Source of the DNA: Candidatus Cloacimonadales bacterium
GTDB lineage: Bacteria; Cloacimonadota; Cloacimonadia; Cloacimonadales; JAIOQZ01
Direction: 5' to 3'
NCBI GenBank assembly: GCA_963662655.2
Contig: CAXXTU010000002.1
Span: forward strand, 416,001 to 480,000
DNA length: 64,000 nucleotides
The notes beneath the pieces were generated by a model. It made no database searches. It was given only the letters and a program-made list of their open reading frames with translations, and was not told the origin of the DNA. Positions 48,562-58,384 of this stretch are shown here, one piece after another. A program made the position numbers and the translations under genes. Within the stretch, counting starts at the first letter, position 1, and each line of letters starts with the position of its first letter.

Positions 48562-50454
48562 ATGGGTGAACATACCATGTCACTTGAAGTGATGAAGATG
48601 CAGATCCTTGAGGTGGGTCTGCTAATCCTCGCTGCTTATATCGGCGGGAAGATTGCTCGCAAGCTGAAGATCGGCGAGGTGATCGGCCAAATCCTGGGCG
48701 GTATCCTTGTGGGGCCGCATTTTCTTGAGCTTATCCATCGTTTCTTGCAGCACCACGAGGAGCTCAGCCAGTTGGTGCTGTTCAAGCCGATCTACCATTT
48801 CTACTCCCGCGGCGGTTTCGACCAGTATTACGAAATCCTCGAGGGCTATCACTTCTTCGTGTTCCTGTTTCTGGGGATTATCGCCTTTTCCATTGGCGAA
48901 GAACTCCATCGTGACCGCCTGAAGCAGGTTGGCTTCAAGGCGACGCTGATCTGCCTTTTGCAGGGACTGCTCACGTTCGTGCTGCTCGCGGTTGGATTCA
49001 GGCTGCTGTTTCCGTCGCATTTCGACTGGATCAACGCCTGCATCATCGGTTCAATTGGTATCGCGACGGCGCCGGCACTCACTTTCGTGCTGATGAACAA
49101 GCTTCGCATCGAGGGCTCGTTGCGCAACATCCTTGCCAACATCGTCGTGCTGGATGACATCCTTGAAGTGATCTTTTTTTCCGTGTTCCTCGGCATCGCC
49201 ATGAAGCGTGGCAAGGAACTGTCCCTCTTGACGTTGAGCTGGCATGTGATCAGCGAACTGGCGCTGGCAGCGTTGATCGGCGTGGCGATCTTCGCGATCC
49301 TCAATCTGACCATCCGGCAGAAGAAACACGACGCGCCGGACCACAACCGCCACCGCGGGGAAGACCGCACATTCCTCTCGACGGTTCTCTCCGAGCACCC
49401 CACGCCATCCGTGGAAATTCTATTGATCATGATCGGCATTATCTCAGTGGGAATCGCCGTGGCTATCCACTTCGACTTGCCGTTCCTGGTTACCGCAGTC
49501 GTAGCGGGATTCCTGATTTCGAACTTCCACTCTCACGCGATCTTCGATTCGCTCAAGATTGAAAACGTGATGCCCATCTTCAACCTGCTGTTCTTCGCGA
49601 TCATCGGCGCGAGCGTACGCCTGGAAAGCTTTTCTTCCAAAACAATCCTGCTCGTTGTTACTTACCTTGTGTTGCGTACTGCCGGTAAGCTCCTGGGTAA
49701 CTGGGTTGGTGCGAAGATCACGCACCAGGATCCCAAGATAACCGCAAGCCTGCCCAAGCTGATGCTTCCCCAAGCCGGTATGGCCGCAGTGGAAACGATC
49801 CTCGTGGCTACCGTGCTGGGAAAGAAAGGGGGCGGAACGCTGATTTTCGACGTGATCATTCCGGCGCTGGTCGTATTCGAGCTGGGCGGAGCCTGGCTCT
49901 CCGAGCGAACTTTGCTTCGCTGGAAGCACTGGACCGTCGGCGAACGGGAAGCGCTCCAGACGAAGCGGCGGGAAGTTGGCGATTTCGGGCTGCACGATCT
50001 TCTGGAAAATCGAGTCTTCGACATGATGGCTACAACGCGTGAAGAAGCGATTTTCGAGCTGGCGCAAACGATGGTTCGAAGCGGAGTAATCTCCGAGACA
50101 TCCATTATAACCAACGCGCTCCTCGAACGCGAGAAGCTCGCGAGCACCGCGATCGGGAATGGGATCGCGTTCCCGCATTGCCGCATTGCATCCATCGACA
50201 GGACTGTCGCGACATGCGGCATCATCAATCATCCGGTCGAGTGGAAGGCGCCCGATGGGAAGCCCGTGGACATGCTCTTTCTCATTCTGACGCCGGAAGA
50301 ACACCCCGAGCAGCATCTTAAGGCGATCAAAACGATCGTCACAGCCATCAGGAAAGAGAATTTCAAGCAAGATATCGTCAGGTCTTTGCATCAGGACACG
50401 GTTTCAGAATGGCTTTATAAGCTCGACACCGAGGTTACAAGGGGTGCCGTGTAG
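48562..50454 (+). CDS. Cation:proton antiporter (CPA2-like) fused to a C-terminal PTS EIIA domain
   Basis: About 12 TM helices with ATAPA, VLDD and PQAG motifs. C-terminal LLEREKLASTAIGNGIAFPH. Start position uncertain (48553, 48562 or 48577). Confidence 0.9.
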   Translation: MGEHTMSLEVMKMQILEVGLLILAAYIGGKIARKLKIGEVIGQILGGILVGPHFLELIHRFLQHHEELSQLVLFKPIYHFYSRGGFDQYYEILEGYHFFVFLFLGIIAFSIGEELHRDRLKQVGFKATLICLLQGLLTFVLLAVGFRLLFPSHFDWINACIIGSIGIATAPALTFVLMNKLRIEGSLRNILANIVVLDDILEVIFFSVFLGIAMKRGKELSLLTLSWHVISELALAALIGVAIFAILNLTIRQKKHDAPDHNRHRGEDRTFLSTVLSEHPTPSVEILLIMIGIISVGIAVAIHFDLPFLVTAVVAGFLISNFHSHAIFDSLKIENVMPIFNLLFFAIIGASVRLESFSSKTILLVVTYLVLRTAGKLLGNWVGAKITHQDPKITASLPKLMLPQAGMAAVETILVATVLGKKGGGTLIFDVIIPALVVFELGGAWLSERTLLRWKHWTVGEREALQTKRREVGDFGLHDLLENRVFDMMATTREEAIFELAQTMVRSGVISETSIITNALLEREKLASTAIGNGIAFPHCRIASIDRTVATCGIINHPVEWKAPDGKPVDMLFLILTPEEHPEQHLKAIKTIVTAIRKENFKQDIVRSLHQDTVSEWLYKLDTEVTRGAV

Positions 50455-50629
50455 AAAGCAGAAATCTGAGTGGCATTGAATTATTAAAATTTTAGTAAAA
50501 TATAATATTTCTGTATGTTCTTCATATTTAGGGAACTATCTCCCGTCGTGACAAAAACGGCTAAAAAACAGCTTGTGCAATAAGCAGATACCAAGTAAAT
50601 TGTCATTAAACTGGAAAAGGTTTTCAAGA

Positions 50630-50965
50630 ATGAAATACATTCCTGCATCGAAGTTACAGCCGAACTCCCTTCTGGGAAGGGATTTGATACTACCTACGGG
50701 TAAAGTCTTACTGAAGAAAGGCGCGAAACTCGATCCCTTCTACATCGATATGATCATGAAATACGAGATCGATAGCGTTTGCATTGCATCGGAACACGAA
50801 TTGCACAACGAGGATGTCTCTTCGGAGATGCTTCAGGAGTACAAACGTATCGCTCGCGCGCACAAGAAAGAGCTTTTCAAATATGCTCTCACGGACTCCA
50901 TGATGGAAGAACTGTACGAAGCGGTGGTTGAAAACGCCGCATGGGAGCTGATACGTGAAGAGTAG
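50630..50965 (+). CDS. Hypothetical protein resembling the N-terminal module of HD-GYP proteins
   Basis: LQPNSLLGRDL..PTGKVLLKKGAKL...I pattern; overlaps the start of the HDOD gene. Confidence 0.7.
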   Translation: MKYIPASKLQPNSLLGRDLILPTGKVLLKKGAKLDPFYIDMIMKYEIDSVCIASEHELHNEDVSSEMLQEYKRIARAHKKELFKYALTDSMMEELYEAVVENAAWELIREE

Positions 50966-51818
50966 AGTTGAGATAATCCAGTATCTGCGAGATCTGGTTT
51001 CGGAAGACATTGATTTCATGGAGCACACGAGCTCTCTGATGGAGTTCCTGAACCTCATCAAGAAGGAAGACCTCGAAGCCAAGGAGCTCGCGTCCTACAT
51101 CCAGCGTGACCCGGGTCTCACCATGATCGCACTGAAGATCGCCAATGCGAGCCAGTACGGGCTGATAAAGAAAGTTTCCAGTGTCAAGCATGCCGTGGCG
51201 GTTGTTGGCGTGACCGCGATGAAGAAGGCGTTTACCGTCCGATTGGTGAAGCGTGCCTTCTCGAAAGAATCGAAGGAACTCGACGATCTCTGGCAGCATT
51301 CGTTGGCCGTTGCCATTGCCGCACAACAACTCGGCGCAAAATCGAAGAAAAAGCTCAAGGACTACGACTCGCTGTTTGTGGCCGGTATCCTCCACGACGT
51401 CGGGAAGTTCGTTATCCACAAATTCCTGCCGAAGGAGTCACGCGAGATAAACCGTATGATCGAGAAGGACGAGCGGATGCGCACCTTGAATGCCGAGAAA
51501 GAGATTCTGGGGGTTACACACCAGGAAATCGGAGCGTTCTTTGCGCGGGAGTGGAACCTTCCCGTGATGATTGTCGATGCGATCCGTTACCATCATTTCC
51601 CGGATGGCTCAGGGGAAAACAAAGGCTTTGTGGGCCTGATCAAAGCGGGAGATTCTATCGCCAAGGCTCTGGAGCTCGGGCAGACTGAATCGCCGTTTGT
51701 CGATCCTGTTCCCCGCTGGATTTGGGGAGCATTCAATATAAAGGCGGAAGACTTCCGTACGATGATCCCCAATATCGAGCATCAGTACCATTCAACGGTC
51801 GCGCTGTACGGGTATTGA
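50955..51818 (+). CDS. HDOD domain protein
   Basis: DPGLT..LKIANA, WQHSLAVA, LHDVGK, HQEIG..WNLP and YHH motifs. Confidence 0.9.
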   Translation: MKSRVEIIQYLRDLVSEDIDFMEHTSSLMEFLNLIKKEDLEAKELASYIQRDPGLTMIALKIANASQYGLIKKVSSVKHAVAVVGVTAMKKAFTVRLVKRAFSKESKELDDLWQHSLAVAIAAQQLGAKSKKKLKDYDSLFVAGILHDVGKFVIHKFLPKESREINRMIEKDERMRTLNAEKEILGVTHQEIGAFFAREWNLPVMIVDAIRYHHFPDGSGENKGFVGLIKAGDSIAKALELGQTESPFVDPVPRWIWGAFNIKAEDFRTMIPNIEHQYHSTVALYGY

Positions 51819-52007
51819 TTGAGTTCAGTATACCGTGCGGTTACATTGCATGTCCCCCGGCCTATCATGAATGTGTTACCCTGAGCATACCTAACTATCT
51901 CACTTTAACCTCCCACCTTGGTATACTGAATTGTTTCTGGATGTCAGATACACCTCTTGTAATTGCAATGTGTCATGCTGAGTAACGCGAATCGTTTCTT
52001 CGAAGTA

Positions 52008-53697
52008 CTATTTCAGCTGCGTCACCTTCAGCGTGCTCAAATGCTTGTCTCCGGCGCTGAGCTGGCAGATGTAGATACCGCTTGGAAATCCTTCTGCGTT
52101 CCAGGTTACCGAATAATACTCTCTCCCTCTGCTTTCCCCCGGTAAAAACGAGTTACTGTTTGCAGTGGGATCATTGCCATCCAAGTGTGTGAATTCGCTA
52201 GTTGGAATGGAATCGATTTTCTGCCCCTTTATGTTGTATACTGCCATATTAAGGTCTATCAGAATTTTGTTTCCCATGATATGAAAAGATACATTTGGAT
52301 TGAACGGATTGGGGTAGGCTTTGACAGTGACAATGACAGGCGGAACGTGCACCGGATCAACAATACTGCTATCCTGCTCCACCAAATCCTCATGACCGCC
52401 ATAAACGAAAACATTGCCGTAATTGTTCGGGCCGGGAGGATACCCATACTCATCGCCGAATGCACCGATCGCGATATCATCGTAACCGTCGTTATCAAAG
52501 TCACCTACGGCACATCCCGAGCCGTAACCTTCTTCGTACGTTGAACTGCTGAAATCCTTTGTGCCATTCTGATCTCCGAGATAAACATAGATATAACCAC
52601 AAATCCCAGACATAAATACAAATGAATCCACCAGATCGCCTTTCCCGTCTCCATTCAAATCGCCATAGGCCGGAACAAAGATGGAATAGTACTCAATATG
52701 ACCAAACCAATCCCAGTGAAGGGTTGCTCCACCTCGCCATAAGCGGCAACCGGGAGAAGTGCTTCCATCCTCTGGAACATCATAGCCTGAAAGGACAAAA
52801 TCATCGTATCCATCACCATTCCAATCTCCCGCTGGATATAACTCATACCAGAGATTTACCGTGGAATAATAATCCAACCTGTAGTCCGGCATTGTGTCTT
52901 GGACCGTGCTTCCATAGAAGAAGCGATTGTGAAAACTGCATAGTAGGGGACTACCCGGCTGCTCAATGTGATCATTCTGGAAATAATAGCTAAAATCATC
53001 AAACCCATCACCGTTTACATCGCCCAGGCCACGGAAGCCTTTACCGTTGCGTGTATAAATCCCATCCACGAAGGTCACTTTTTCGAAGCTGCCTCCGTAC
53101 ACGATGGAGTAGGTAAGGATATTGTTACGGCACTCGGTTATGCCTGCGTCCGCGTAACCGTCACCGTTGATGTCGCCGAGAGGGTTGATTTCGCCCAGGG
53201 ATTCGCTTACTTCATATTCATAGTCAGGAATGGTATCGTTAACAGTGTTGCCGCAAAGAATTCGACAGCAATAATAAGAAACAGAAGGGCGTCCATCATA
53301 GAATATTTTATCAAGGAAGAAATAGCCAATTTCATCACATCCATCGTCATTCATGTCGCCTAGGTTTTTTAATTCTCATCCATGAATATTGCCAATCAAG
53401 GGAGGTATCCACAACAGTAGATATTTGCATGCTTGGTTCATCGGGTAACCCATTTTCAGATCCATAGTAAATATATAACTTGCCATGTTGTTCCGGATAT
53501 TCGACATCGTTAGAATGTCTCCAGGCGCTAACCGCCAGATCATCTATTTCATCGCCGTTGAAATCCAGAGCTGTAACATAGTATCCGAAATAGTCGCCGG
53601 ATTGCTCCCCCTGCATCTGCCACACCACATCGAGGTGGTTAACGGCGGATAGCAGTGCGCAGGCGGTGAGGAGAATAGCGGCAAAGATAATCCTCAT
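52008..53697 (-). pseudogene. FG-GAP repeat/T9SS-CTD protein, paralog of 9645-11228, interrupted by a frameshift
   Basis: ORFs 53347-53709 and 52008-53354 together align with the paralog. An extra A in the A6 run at 53365-53370 shifts IKNLGDMN out of frame. Confidence 0.8.
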
Positions 53698-53733
53698 GGG
53701 GCTCGTCATGAATTTCCAGCAAGCGAAGCCGCG

Positions 53734-54822
53734 CTACGTTCTAACGAGCGCTTGCTTCGGGCAGATTGTGGTGCAATACCCGCAGTGAATGCAGTTATCG
53801 GTGTACTCGGGATAGCCGTTTGCCCCGCCCATGATGCCGCCGTGAATGCAGCCCTTGACGCATTTCCAGCAGCGGATGCATTGCGCCTGCACCAGCTTGA
53901 AGGGGATCGGTCTCAGGTTTTCGGCATGCGTTTCCCTGCGGAACAATCCGACAATCTGATTCACATCGTCGAAACCGTTCTGGTCGAGCCATTCGCTCAT
54001 CTCGTCCGCGATTTTCTTGTAAATCCCGTTTCCGTATTCGATTGCGGCGCTGCAAACTTGCACTGCGCAGGCTCCGGCCATCATCATCTTGATTGCGTCG
54101 ACGCCCTTGTAGATTCCGCCCACACCCAGAACAGGCTTCTTCGTGAGCGCGGAGAGCTCGTAAACGATGCGCAACGCAAGCGGGAAGATTGCTTTCCCCG
54201 AGACCCAGCCATAGCCGCTCTCGCTACCGAGGAAAGGCGTGCGACTGGCCGGATCGAAATCCAGCCCTGGCCCGAGGCTGTTGACCGCCACGTAGCCGTC
54301 AACGATGGGATCGAGCGCTTTCACGAGTCCCGGAATATCGGGGAAGCCGGGAGAGATTTTCGCCATAATCGGTTTACTCACAGCCTTCTTGAGCGCTTTG
54401 GCCGATTCGATCACCGGCGTGTAGTCCTTGCCCAAATAGTGGATGGAAAACTCGAACGCGTCCACGAAACCGGTCGCCTCGACGCGTGGCCCGAGCTCCG
54501 CCAGTTCCTCCGCAGAGTAACCGAGTCCTGCGATCTGCATCAGGCCGCTCTCCTTGGCGATTTCATATTCCTTCTCGATGTACTGCTCCACCGGCAGCTC
54601 AGACCACAGTTCGGCGTTCATGAGGGTGTCCTTGCCCACGGAAGCGATGTTCGGGTAGGGGACAGGCGCGGGTTTGACGGAGACGGTCTTCATCACCAGC
54701 GCGCCAACGCCTTTGTCCGCGGCGTCCTTCAGGAGCGCTCCGGTACGGCAGTTTGGACCGGCAGCCGGCATAACGGGGTTGCGGAGTTCATGACCGAACA
54801 GATTGATCTTGAGATTTGCCAT
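53734..54822 (-). CDS. Dihydroorotate/dihydropyrimidine dehydrogenase (PreA-like) FMN enzyme with C-terminal 2x[4Fe-4S] domain
   Basis: NPVMPAAGP, KT, NAELWSE, AKISP, VNS, SG, GVGG and VQV motifs, plus CIRCWKCVKGC and CIHCGYCTTICP. Confidence 0.85.
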   Translation of the reverse strand: MANLKINLFGHELRNPVMPAAGPNCRTGALLKDAADKGVGALVMKTVSVKPAPVPYPNIASVGKDTLMNAELWSELPVEQYIEKEYEIAKESGLMQIAGLGYSAEELAELGPRVEATGFVDAFEFSIHYLGKDYTPVIESAKALKKAVSKPIMAKISPGFPDIPGLVKALDPIVDGYVAVNSLGPGLDFDPASRTPFLGSESGYGWVSGKAIFPLALRIVYELSALTKKPVLGVGGIYKGVDAIKMMMAGACAVQVCSAAIEYGNGIYKKIADEMSEWLDQNGFDDVNQIVGLFRRETHAENLRPIPFKLVQAQCIRCWKCVKGCIHGGIMGGANGYPEYTDNCIHCGYCTTICPKQALVRT

Positions 54823-54823
54823 A

Positions 54824-55657
54824 TTATTGTTCCTCGATGTGTTTGATTAGCAGGTTGAAGAATACCTCGAACCGATATTCGCTGTCGGAGCGTAGGTCCG
54901 AGATGGGAGTGATTTCCTTGGAGAGGATGTCTCGCAGTTCGGGTGGCGAAACTTCGCTGCGCTTTTTGCCGGCGAGATAATCCTCGGTTTTCGGCAAGCG
55001 CCGGGCATACTCGTTCAGGCTTCCTGCTGCGATGCGGATATCATCGATGCGATCGTTATACCGCTTGCTGAGGATCGCGATAGATGCCTTGGAGATGGTG
55101 AGGGCGTTACGTGCCGCCACCTTGCGATAGAAGAATTTTGTGTCATGCTGCGTCCCGGCATCGATGAGGATGCGGAAGATGATCTCGCCGTCCTCCAGGA
55201 CGTTTTTCTTGTAGCCGTAGTAAAAGTCCCGCATGTCCACGGTACGAATTCCGTTTTCGGAAAGGAGCTCCAGCTTTGCGTCGCAGATGAGCAGGAGCGG
55301 CATTATGTCGGCTGTCGGAGAGCCGTTGGCGATGTTCCCGCCGATGGTCGCGATGCTTTGCAGCAGGGGAGAAGCGAAGTCTTTCAACGATTGCTGCATC
55401 ATGGACAGGTGCTTTGCGATTAAGTCGGATTCGAGCAGCTCCATGAAGGTAACGGTCGCCCCGATGGAGATTGTGTCGTTTTCGAGCTTCAGTTCACGCA
55501 TCTCAGGAATGCGGTTGATGTAGATGATTTCCGCCGGCTGGATGATCTTCTTCTGGATCTGCACGTTGATGTCGGTTCCGCCTGCGAGGAAGAATGTACC
55601 GGGCTTGATCTCTGCCAGACATCGCTTGAGTTCTTCGAGATTGTTCGGAACGATCAT
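54824..55657 (-). CDS. Xanthine dehydrogenase family FAD-binding subunit
   Basis: LAGGTD, ATIGGNIANGSPTAD and PISDLRSDSEYR motifs. Confidence 0.92.
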   Translation of the reverse strand: MIVPNNLEELKRCLAEIKPGTFFLAGGTDINVQIQKKIIQPAEIIYINRIPEMRELKLENDTISIGATVTFMELLESDLIAKHLSMMQQSLKDFASPLLQSIATIGGNIANGSPTADIMPLLLICDAKLELLSENGIRTVDMRDFYYGYKKNVLEDGEIIFRILIDAGTQHDTKFFYRKVAARNALTISKASIAILSKRYNDRIDDIRIAAGSLNEYARRLPKTEDYLAGKKRSEVSPPELRDILSKEITPISDLRSDSEYRFEVFFNLLIKHIEEQ

Positions 55658-56124
55658 GCCTGCCTCCTCACGATTTCACATGCCATCTTCACGGCCTCGA
55701 AGATCTTCGTGTAGCCCGTGCAGCGGCAGATATTGCCGGAAAGTGCGCGCTTGATTCTCTCCAGATCAGGCTCGCCGCAGGTCGTGAGGTAGTAGTAGGA
55801 CGAGACGACGAACCCCGGGAAGCAGAACCCGCACTGAACGGCGTTGGTCTTGTCGTAGCAGTCGACCAGCAGGCGGCCGGTCTCGGTCTCGGAAACACCC
55901 TCGACCGTCACGATTTCCGCGCCCTGGATCTGGATGGCGTTGACCAGGCAACTGGTGACCGGCTTCCCGTTCATCAAGACGGTGCAAGCGCCGCACTCGC
56001 CTTCGCCGCAGCCTTCCTTGGTTCCCGTAAGGTCGAAGTCTTCGCGGACGATATCGAGCAAACGCCGCATGGGATCGCAGTCGATTTGAACCGGTTTCCG
56101 GTTGAGTATAAATTGGAATTGCAT
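55654..56124 (-). CDS. Xanthine dehydrogenase family 2Fe-2S subunit
   Basis: GTKEGCGEGECGACTV, QCGFCFPG and GNICRCTGY motifs. Confidence 0.94.
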   Translation of the reverse strand: MQFQFILNRKPVQIDCDPMRRLLDIVREDFDLTGTKEGCGEGECGACTVLMNGKPVTSCLVNAIQIQGAEIVTVEGVSETETGRLLVDCYDKTNAVQCGFCFPGFVVSSYYYLTTCGEPDLERIKRALSGNICRCTGYTKIFEAVKMACEIVRRQA

Positions 56125-56125
56125 A

Positions 56126-58273
56126 TCATTTCTCCCGTCCGGATTCGCGGAAGATACGTTCCGGAATCAACGGTATTTCGTTTATTGGGGTGCCTGTGGC
56201 GAATAGGAATGCGTTCCGAACGGCTGCAGCGGGGTAATCCATGGGGATTTCTCCCAGACCTTTCGCGAGATCGGAGTCAATGTGGATGAACTCGACGATG
56301 AATTCGGGTGCGTCGAGCGTGGTGGGTAACACGTAGTCGGTGAGTCCGTTCATGCGCCCGAAGCCTTCCTTTTCGAAGTACTCCGTCAGCGCATAGGCGA
56401 TGCCCTGCGTAACGCCCCCGATCACCTGCCCTACAGCAACCTCGTGGTTGATAACTTTCCCGATATCGAGAACGTTCCATATCCTGGTGGGGCGGACGGT
56501 GTATGTCTCGGGCTCGTACGCGATTTCCACGACGCACGCCGCCCATGAGTAATCCTTGTAGCCCATTCCCTTGTAGGTGTTCTCGTCGAACTGCACCGAT
56601 TCGTCAGGAACGAAATGGGAGCGGTATTCGCGAGGGAATTGTCCGGGATTCTGCCGGACAAATTCTTCAAGACTTCCCTCGCCGATTTCGTTATGGATAT
56701 CACGGGCCAGCTTACGCAGAAGATTGCCGACGATGTAGATTGTTCGGGAAGCGACGGTGGGCCCGCTGTTGGGAGCCTGGGATGTATCGGGGTGCATGTA
56801 GACGGTTTTTTCGAGCGGGTGCCCGAGTTCTTCGGCGAAGCATTGCGCGAGGGTCGTCTGCGCGCCTTGCCCCATCTCGGTATTGATGACGTAAATATGC
56901 GCCGTGGCGTCGGGCTCAATAACGAGCTTGATCTCGGATTTCAAGACCTTCTCGCCGTTTCCGGTATATCCGCCGCCGTGAAAAGCGACCGACAACCCGA
57001 TCCCCTTTTTGTCCTTGTGGGTGAGATTGTACAGGTCGAATTCCCGCGCTTTTGACTGATAGTTGGATATTGCAAGCGCTTTTTCCATCGCGTCGTACAT
57101 GTGATCTTCCTGAACGGTCTGCGTGGTGGGCAGCCTGTCGCCCTTCCGCAGAAGGTTTCTACGCCGGAATTCGAGCGCGTCCATGTTCAGTTTGCGAGCG
57201 ATGTCGTCGATATGCGATTCGATCGCGAAGATGGATTGCGGCGCCCCGAATCCACGGAAAGCTCCATTGGGTGGCGTGTTGCTGCGGATGAGTCTACCTC
57301 GAATGAACACGTCGTCGCAGCGATAGCAACCTCCGGCGTGCAGAACGCCCCGGGCGAGCACGACCGGCGAATCGGTTTGATAATAGCCGGCGTCCAGACG
57401 GAAATCTATGGAAAGCTTTTTGATGGATTGATCGTCGGGATCGATCCACGATTCGATTTCGGTTCGGGAAGGGTGCCGCTTGGTAGTGACCTGGATATCG
57501 TCTGCGCGCTCGAGGATGGTTTTGACCGGTCGCAGGCTTTTCCATGAAAGGAGGGCCGTTATGCCGGCGATCACGTTGGGGAAATCTTCCTTTCCGCCGA
57601 ACGCACCGCCGATTCCTTCGGCAACCCGCACGATCGCTTCTTCTATTTTGCTGCCCATGATGGCTTCAACAGCTTCTTTGACGAAGTACGGGCACTGCAT
57701 GGTTCCGCGAATGTGCATCACGCGAGTATCGTCGTCATAGCGAGCTATCATTCCCTGGGGCTCGAGATACGCCTGTTCCTGGTGGGGCGTGTAGTATATT
57801 TTCCGTGTGTGGATCCACTTCGGATCGATTTCCCGGTGTGGGCCGTGGTCAATGACGATTTCCTCACCGAAGGCATTAGCTGGATCATCCAGCGCATTTT
57901 TTGTCGCGATGATCGCGTCGTGCGGCTCCGTCTCAATGCGGATTCCCCGGATGAATTCACGTGCTGTTTCACGCGACTCATGCGCCACGCCGAGAATGGG
58001 CTGGCCCATGTGGTATATGTGCTGTTCGACGAGGAAAAGTTGGTCGTTCACCGGCTCGGGAACCTTGTTCTCGCCCGGGATATCCCCGGATAGCACGATT
58101 GTGAATTCGGAGAGGTCGTACTCGGTGGGGAAGGTGACCTTGATTATTTTACCCGCGTGAACCGGTGCGAAGAAGATCGCTCCATGAAGCAGGTTAATTT
58201 CTTTGTAGTCGTCGATATAACGGGTTTTTCCTGTAAGTTTTGCATGCGAATCGATGCGTGTCGGACTTTTCAT
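56126..58273 (-). CDS. Xanthine dehydrogenase family molybdopterin-binding subunit
   Basis: HQEQAYLEP, GGAFGGKE, AFRGFGAPQ, EMGQG, TVASR and KGLGE motifs. Confidence 0.93.
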   Translation of the reverse strand: MKSPTRIDSHAKLTGKTRYIDDYKEINLLHGAIFFAPVHAGKIIKVTFPTEYDLSEFTIVLSGDIPGENKVPEPVNDQLFLVEQHIYHMGQPILGVAHESRETAREFIRGIRIETEPHDAIIATKNALDDPANAFGEEIVIDHGPHREIDPKWIHTRKIYYTPHQEQAYLEPQGMIARYDDDTRVMHIRGTMQCPYFVKEAVEAIMGSKIEEAIVRVAEGIGGAFGGKEDFPNVIAGITALLSWKSLRPVKTILERADDIQVTTKRHPSRTEIESWIDPDDQSIKKLSIDFRLDAGYYQTDSPVVLARGVLHAGGCYRCDDVFIRGRLIRSNTPPNGAFRGFGAPQSIFAIESHIDDIARKLNMDALEFRRRNLLRKGDRLPTTQTVQEDHMYDAMEKALAISNYQSKAREFDLYNLTHKDKKGIGLSVAFHGGGYTGNGEKVLKSEIKLVIEPDATAHIYVINTEMGQGAQTTLAQCFAEELGHPLEKTVYMHPDTSQAPNSGPTVASRTIYIVGNLLRKLARDIHNEIGEGSLEEFVRQNPGQFPREYRSHFVPDESVQFDENTYKGMGYKDYSWAACVVEIAYEPETYTVRPTRIWNVLDIGKVINHEVAVGQVIGGVTQGIAYALTEYFEKEGFGRMNGLTDYVLPTTLDAPEFIVEFIHIDSDLAKGLGEIPMDYPAAAVRNAFLFATGTPINEIPLIPERIFRESGREK

Positions 58274-58384
58274 TGTTACCTCGAATATACTTCATCCGGA
58301 TCGAATGATCTATCCGGATTGATTGTCATCATGTTGATTAAACCTTATTATGTCCCGGAACGCTTCTCTGTCAAGCGGAACGAT

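Noticed and set aside
56126..58273. Selenocysteine readthrough in the molybdoenzyme genes
   Set aside because: All subunits are full-length open frames with no in-frame TGA needing recoding.
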